32,125 nt of DNA. It comes from Nitrospirota bacterium (GTDB lineage: Bacteria > Nitrospirota > UBA9217). Position 1 is the first letter of the stretch. The number at the start of each line of letters is the position of its first letter. Below are positions 27,019 through 32,125 of the stretch, one piece after another. The stretch covers positions 1-32,125 of the forward strand of contig DASPSR010000027.1 in assembly GCA_035623825.1 (NCBI GenBank). The letters are read 5' to 3'. The position numbers were made by a program, and so were the translations under genes. The notes under the pieces were generated by a model. It saw nothing but the letters and a program-made list of their open reading frames with translations, ran no database searches and was not told the DNA's origin.

Positions 27019-27664
27019 GGCCTATCTCCTTGTGATCCCGCATCTGTTCAACGAAAAAGTAATGTGAAACCCCTCGACCAAATACTATAGATATATAATA
27101 GCGCAAACGAACCAACTTAGGGTGAGAAGAGGCAATAATACAGGACAAAGTAATCCTGATCATGCTGTTTTCTGCCCTAATCTTGCGTTAGATTTGCGAT
27201 GCTCTGCAACTTTATATTCGCAATGTGCACTCGCCGTGTTGCCCTTTAAATAGGGAGATACACTATTACCGCTTTAGTATTATAATAGTATAATTTGCGT
27301 TTAACAAACTAAGTACATAAAATAGGTTGCTCTCTATCCGCTTTATAATCTTTGGACAAGTGATTATTTGTGCCAAAAAAATAAATTATGGATGCTGCGG
27401 CATATCCTAAGGAAGAAAATTCTAGGGGTTATCCAATAAAAAGGATACTCTTAAGAGAAAGGAGCGATAAACTGAAACCTTTCACTTCGTGTATACCGCC
27501 ATCAGCGTCCTTGTTTTTACTGCGATTTTATTTGGATTAGACTTTAGTTCCTTACGAATCAAATGCTCACGCTTCACTACAACAAAACTCTCTTCGTACC
27601 TGAGGTTGCCTTATCGTTTCTTTCTTGATAAACTAAAAGCATACATATAATTCTGAGGGTCATT

Positions 27665-30600
27665 ATGAACTACACCAAGATTACAAGTCTTTTTAGGCCT
27701 TTCAGGCTTCTCTTCGGCTCCTCCGACCCTGACAAAACCCGTAAGGTCCGGACAATCATTATTGTGGCATTCGCGCTTTTTTTCCTGTATTCAATTACTG
27801 GATTTTTTATCCTGCCGCCATACATAAAACGGATGGCAGTGTCAACGCTCAGCGACCAGCTCGGCCGCCGTGTAAGCATCGAATCGGTCAGCCTGAACCC
27901 CTATGTTCTCGTAGCCAGGGTCAGGGGATTCGAAATTAAGGAAGGTGACGGCAAGACGACCTTCCTGTCCTTTACCGGTCTGTTTATCGACCTGAAGATC
28001 GCATCCATCTACAAGAAAGGGCCTGTTATCCGCGAGATCAAGCTCGAAAAGCCATATGTCAATCTGGTCCGGGTGGATGCTAATACGTACAATTTTTCGG
28101 ATATCCTTGACAGGTTCTCCAAGAAACCCGAACAACCCGAGAAACCCGGTAAACCTCTTCTCTTTTCCGTGAGCAACATCCAGATCATCGATGGAAGCAT
28201 CGAATTCGATGACCGACCAGTGGGAACTAAACATGCTATTGCAAAAATAAATCTCACCATACCCTTCATCTCTGACCGTCCCTCCTATATCGAATCCTTT
28301 GTGGAGCCTTCATTCAGCGCTTTGGTCAATGGCACACCGCTGAATATACATGGAGATACCAAGGTCTTCGCTGACTCCCACGAGACCTCCTTGGACATCA
28401 GGCTCACGGATATCAATATCCCTTACTATCTGGCTTATGCACCGGCGCGGCTCAAGGTCAAGGTGCGGTCCGGACAATTGGATATCAACATAAAAGTCAT
28501 CTATCGCCAATATGCGGACCGGGCGCCGATGCTTTCAATGGCGGGCGAATCCAGGGTTCGGGACTTGAGGGTCGCCACACAGGACGGTAAGGACGAGTTC
28601 CTGCGCATCCCGCTTCTAAGCGTAAAGGACGTAATGTTCGATTTTGAGAAACAAAAGATCGAGATCAGCGCTATCGCGACCGAGAGGGGATTGGTGATGG
28701 TCTCACGTTCCGCAGATGGCCGCATAAACCTTTTGTCACTCATGGCCGCTCCGCCGCCGGCATCTCCACCGGGCAGGACAACGAAGACATCACCGCCCGA
28801 GACGACCCCTTGGACCATACAGCTCAATTCCTTCCTCGTGGATGGTTACACGGTCAGTGCATCGGATAGAAGCTTAACTGAGCCCTTTGGGATGACCGTC
28901 GACGAGATCAACTTCAAAGCACACAACATCTCGACCGAAGAGAAAGCACAGGGCACCTTCGCGTTGTCCATGCGTTTCGAGCGGAGGGGAAAAGCATCGT
29001 CCGATGGTGCGTTCACCGTGAACCCTCCGTCCGCCAGCATCAAGGTAAATGTCAAGGAGTTCCCGCTCAAGCCGTTCCAGCCGTTCCTGGCGGAACGGGC
29101 GCAGGTCATTCTTTCCGCGGGAATGCTGAATGTGACCGGCAATCTGAAGGCCCTCGAGACAAGTTCAGGTGGAATGAACGCTTCATTCAAGGGGAAGCTT
29201 TGGGTCAACAAACTTTCGCTGCTCGACAAGAGGAACGCTGAGGACCTGCTCAAATGGGATTCGCTGTATCTGGGCAAGATGGATATCAAAAACGAACCGC
29301 TCTTCGCTCACATCCGGGAGATCTCGCTTTCAAACTTCTATTCGCGCATCATCATCAACGCGGACAGGACCATCAATCTTCAGGAGGTATTTGCCGCATC
29401 AGTGCCAAAAGCGGCCAGTTCCCCGCTGCCGCAGACAACGGAAGCAGCTGCAGAGCAGAAACCGATACAGCCGCCCACGATCAGAATCGATAAGATCACG
29501 CTTCAGGGCGGGACGGTCAACTTCACTGACAACAGCATCACTCCTAGATTCAGCTCGAACCTGCTAGAGATAGGCGGACGTATCTCCGGCCTCTCGTCGG
29601 ATGTGAATTCGATGGGCGAGATCGAGCTAAGGGGAATGTATGACCGTTATGCGCCGCTCGAGATCACAGGCAAGGTCAATCCGCTCCGAAATGATCTGTA
29701 TGTGGAGCTCCGCATCGACTTCAAGGACATGGACTTGACGTCAATCAGTCCTTATTCGGGACGGTACGCCGGCTACACGGTCCAAAAGGGGCAGCTCTCC
29801 TTCCATCTTGATTACCTGGTCATCAAAAACAAGCTTGACGCAAAGAACAAGATCCTTCTCGACCAGTTCACCTTCGGCGACCGAGTGGACAGCCCTGACG
29901 CGACAAAGCTGCCAGTGAGGTTGGCCGTGGCCCTCCTCAAGGACCGGAACGGACAGATCGACCTTGATATCCCTGTCTCCGGAGATTTGAATGACCCGAA
30001 GTTCAGCGTGGGCCACGTGGTGCTCAAGATCATTGGGAACCTTCTCACGAAGGCCGCCACAGCCCCCTTCGCCTTGTTGGGCTCCATCTTTGGTAGTAGT
30101 GAACAGCTCGATCATGTTGAATTCGATTATGGCTCCGCCCTCTTGAATGACGGGATGAAAAAGAAGCTTGACACCCTCGTGAAGGCTCTGCACGAACGTC
30201 CCGCACTCGAAATGGACATCGTGGGCCACGTGGACTTCGATAAGGACCGTGAGGGGCTGAAACAATCCCTGATGCTTCGCAAAGTGAAATCCCAGAAGAT
30301 CAAGGAGATGGCCAGAAAAGGCGGCGAAGCGCCGGACTTTGAATCAGCAGTCGTGACGCCCGAGGAATATCCCAAGTACCTGAAGCTGGCCTATAAAGCG
30401 GAGAAATTTCCCAAGCCCAGAAACATCATAGGCATGGCCAAAGACCTTCCTGTGCCTGAAATGGAGAAGCTCATGCTTACCAATCAGAACGTGACAGAGG
30501 AAGAACTCAGGGCGCTTGCCGGGGATCGGGCTTTGGCGGCCAGAGATTATTTACTGCAATCTGGACAGGTTGAGCAGGGGCGTGTCTTCATTGTTGAGGC

Positions 30601-30667
30601 AAAAAAACTGGCAGGTGAGAAAAAAGAAGGCGTAAAAAACAGCCGTGTTGACTTCGAGCTGAAATGA
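27665..30667 (+). CDS. DUF748 domain protein (AsmA-like superfamily) with C-terminal OmpA-like region
   Basis: N-terminal TM plus GFFILPP, LGRRVSI..V.LNP, NFSDIL, SPYSGRYAGY, LPVRLAVALLKDRNGQIDLDIPVSGDLNDPKFS, C-terminal SRVDFELK. Confidence 0.9.
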   Translation: MNYTKITSLFRPFRLLFGSSDPDKTRKVRTIIIVAFALFFLYSITGFFILPPYIKRMAVSTLSDQLGRRVSIESVSLNPYVLVARVRGFEIKEGDGKTTFLSFTGLFIDLKIASIYKKGPVIREIKLEKPYVNLVRVDANTYNFSDILDRFSKKPEQPEKPGKPLLFSVSNIQIIDGSIEFDDRPVGTKHAIAKINLTIPFISDRPSYIESFVEPSFSALVNGTPLNIHGDTKVFADSHETSLDIRLTDINIPYYLAYAPARLKVKVRSGQLDINIKVIYRQYADRAPMLSMAGESRVRDLRVATQDGKDEFLRIPLLSVKDVMFDFEKQKIEISAIATERGLVMVSRSADGRINLLSLMAAPPPASPPGRTTKTSPPETTPWTIQLNSFLVDGYTVSASDRSLTEPFGMTVDEINFKAHNISTEEKAQGTFALSMRFERRGKASSDGAFTVNPPSASIKVNVKEFPLKPFQPFLAERAQVILSAGMLNVTGNLKALETSSGGMNASFKGKLWVNKLSLLDKRNAEDLLKWDSLYLGKMDIKNEPLFAHIREISLSNFYSRIIINADRTINLQEVFAASVPKAASSPLPQTTEAAAEQKPIQPPTIRIDKITLQGGTVNFTDNSITPRFSSNLLEIGGRISGLSSDVNSMGEIELRGMYDRYAPLEITGKVNPLRNDLYVELRIDFKDMDLTSISPYSGRYAGYTVQKGQLSFHLDYLVIKNKLDAKNKILLDQFTFGDRVDSPDATKLPVRLAVALLKDRNGQIDLDIPVSGDLNDPKFSVGHVVLKIIGNLLTKAATAPFALLGSIFGSSEQLDHVEFDYGSALLNDGMKKKLDTLVKALHERPALEMDIVGHVDFDKDREGLKQSLMLRKVKSQKIKEMARKGGEAPDFESAVVTPEEYPKYLKLAYKAEKFPKPRNIIGMAKDLPVPEMEKLMLTNQNVTEEELRALAGDRALAARDYLLQSGQVEQGRVFIVEAKKLAGEKKEGVKNSRVDFELK

Positions 30668-31051
30668 TGACGACCGATGAGACCGAATAGCACGGTTATA
30701 CGAGGACACGCTGAAAGCGGTAACGGTCTTATGGGTGGCGGTCAGGGTGAGCACGGTCCTTGGATTTTAAATCACGCATACAGGTTATACAAAACTCTCA
30801 TTTTTTGAAGAACCGCTTTATTTTTTTACCGCTAAGGCATTAAGTCGCTATGAGCTTTTTTCGAGCTCTTTTGTGATGTGCCACCAAAAGTCAGATCAAT
30901 CGAGCGAAATACTGCAGCAGGATGTATATTCAGGGCTTCACAGGTTTCCAAATTCAATAGTTTCCATTTAAAAAAGAAGGCTTCCATCAGCCCAGAATGA
31001 ATAAGCGATATCTAAAGTTGTTTCTTTAAGGCAGGCAGGAAAGGATCACTG

Positions 31052-31084
31052 AAAAAAACCCCGCCGAGATGCAAGAGGCGGGGT
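31052..31084 (-). terminator. Rho-independent terminator of the ferritin/Spy-like operon
   Basis: Minus strand ACCCCGCC-11 nt-GGCGGGGT followed by a T-run, ~46 nt after the stop at 31131. Confidence 0.8.
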
Positions 31085-31130
31085 AGTATCACGTCTTCAG
31101 GAGGCCCTTTTCTCCTGTTCTTCTGGCTAC

Positions 31131-31706
31131 TTACTGCATGTGCTCGTGCATCGGCATATCCTTATGTTCTGCGGCGCCGCCCATCATGCCACAGCCTGTT
31201 CCGTGGTCCGACTCCATCATCTCTTTAAGCTTCTTCCTCTGCTCCGGCGTCAGGATGGACTTCATCTCTTCATGCACCCTGACATGAGCAAGGAACATTT
31301 CCGTCCTCAGAGACTCGCTCTTTTTCGCCGCCGCCTCGACTGCCTTCATGTCCACCGGGTCCTTATCGAGAAGGTCCCTGAGCTCGATGCCGGCAATCAT
31401 CTCGTCCGCCCTCTTTTTTGTCATGTCCTTCATCGTCTTACTGTGCAGCGCCTTGAGCGCCTCTTTCTGTTTCTCGTCGAGGCCGAGACCCATGAGCTGT
31501 TTCCACATGGGATGATCATCGGCCATCATCATCCCGCCCATGCCGTGCATCATGCTCATGCCTTTGTGGTCCATGCTTTCCATCATACCGCACCCCATAC
31601 TCCCACCGGCCACACCCATGCAGCCACACATCTGCGCATGCGCATTCAAGGACAATGCTGAAATAAAGGTGATACTGAAGAATATACTGATCAGGGTTTT
31701 TCTCAT
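31131..31706 (-). CDS. Periplasmic Spy/CpxP-family (heavy-metal sensor-like) protein with Met/His/Cys-rich termini
   Basis: SD GGGAGG before ATG 31706, signal peptide ending AHA, LGLDEKQK and ILTPEQRKKL (LTxxQ) motifs. Confidence 0.85.
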   Translation of the reverse strand: MRKTLISIFFSITFISALSLNAHAQMCGCMGVAGGSMGCGMMESMDHKGMSMMHGMGGMMMADDHPMWKQLMGLGLDEKQKEALKALHSKTMKDMTKKRADEMIAGIELRDLLDKDPVDMKAVEAAAKKSESLRTEMFLAHVRVHEEMKSILTPEQRKKLKEMMESDHGTGCGMMGGAAEHKDMPMHEHMQ

Positions 31707-31760
31707 ACTCGAACCTCCCTTGGGCATTATCGTTTATGAGCTCTATGTAATATATAAAAC

Positions 31761-32125
31761 TTATTGACCGAGCAGCGTTGTAAATGTGTCGTGATGGCGC
31801 TCTTCAGCAGCAAGGATCTCTGCGAATAGATGCTGCGTGGTGTCATCGCCTTCCGCTGTTGCCTGCCTGATGATGTCCTTGTAGAGCGTGATGGCCTCTT
31901 CCTCGGCCTTGACGTCGGCCTTCAGCATCTGCTCCGGTGTACCGCCTACGGCGATGGGGTTGGGCTTCGTAGTAGGTTTCACGTCAAAATAGAAGAGACG
32001 CTCCGCGATCTTCTCCGCATGTTTCATCTCCTCCACAGAGATATCCTCAAACACCTCCATAAGAGAAGATGAGTTCAATCCTTTCACCATAATATGATGC
32101 CACATGTACTGGACGATCGCCTGCA
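31761..32125 (-). CDS. bfr: Bacterioferritin / ferritin-like protein, 5' end outside the window
   Basis: The frame stays open to the edge (QAIVQYMWHH). EEMKHAEKIAERL, AEEEAI.LY and EERHH supply di-iron ligands, and Met occupies the Bfr heme-ligand position. Confidence 0.8.
   Translation of the reverse strand, partial: QAIVQYMWHHIMVKGLNSSSLMEVFEDISVEEMKHAEKIAERLFYFDVKPTTKPNPIAVGGTPEQMLKADVKAEEEAITLYKDIIRQATAEGDDTTQHLFAEILAAEERHHDTFTTLLGQ

Noticed and set aside
27388-27650. Short ORF and hydrophobic reading frame upstream of the DUF748 gene
   Set aside because: The SD-like AAAGGAG has no properly placed start for the hydrophobic frame, and there is no other support.
30668-31050. Short ORFs or gene remnant between convergent genes
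   Set aside because: No SD, motif or recognisable homology.

Overview
Chromosomal window, probably from a Nitrospirota or Geobacter-like anaerobe (inferred from gene families and style, not searched). The left ~19 kb is a cell-surface locus with two divergent arms, each starting at a sigma-54 promoter, with three TGTWTC-N5-GAAACA palindromes between them. Leftward arm: pseudo-receiver, ExeA-like ATPase, UpxY/RfaH-type NusG paralog, an ops-like element, PEP-CTERM/XrtA-type exopolysaccharide export genes (priming transferase, OPX, chain-length protein, tyrosine kinase, OM beta-barrel), then a >1327-aa Ig-repeat lipoprotein that the ORF track misses because it runs off the window. Rightward arm: a 1455-aa RCC1-propeller/Ig-stalk protein ending in a dockerin-like domain, a small lipoprotein with a possible cohesin-like fold, and a cohesin-like gene whose 3' half looks decayed. 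This arm is the best candidate for a little-described system: a non-cellulosomal cohesin-dockerin surface-display module that appears co-regulated with EPS. The right part holds glmS, an ASKHA/RACo-like ATPase lacking its Fe-S domain, a possible IS200/IS605-type end, glgC, a YkgJ protein, a REC-PilZ protein, a small membrane protein, a DUF748 protein, a Met/His-rich Spy/CpxP-like protein and a partial bacterioferritin. All family calls come from motif recognition by eye.
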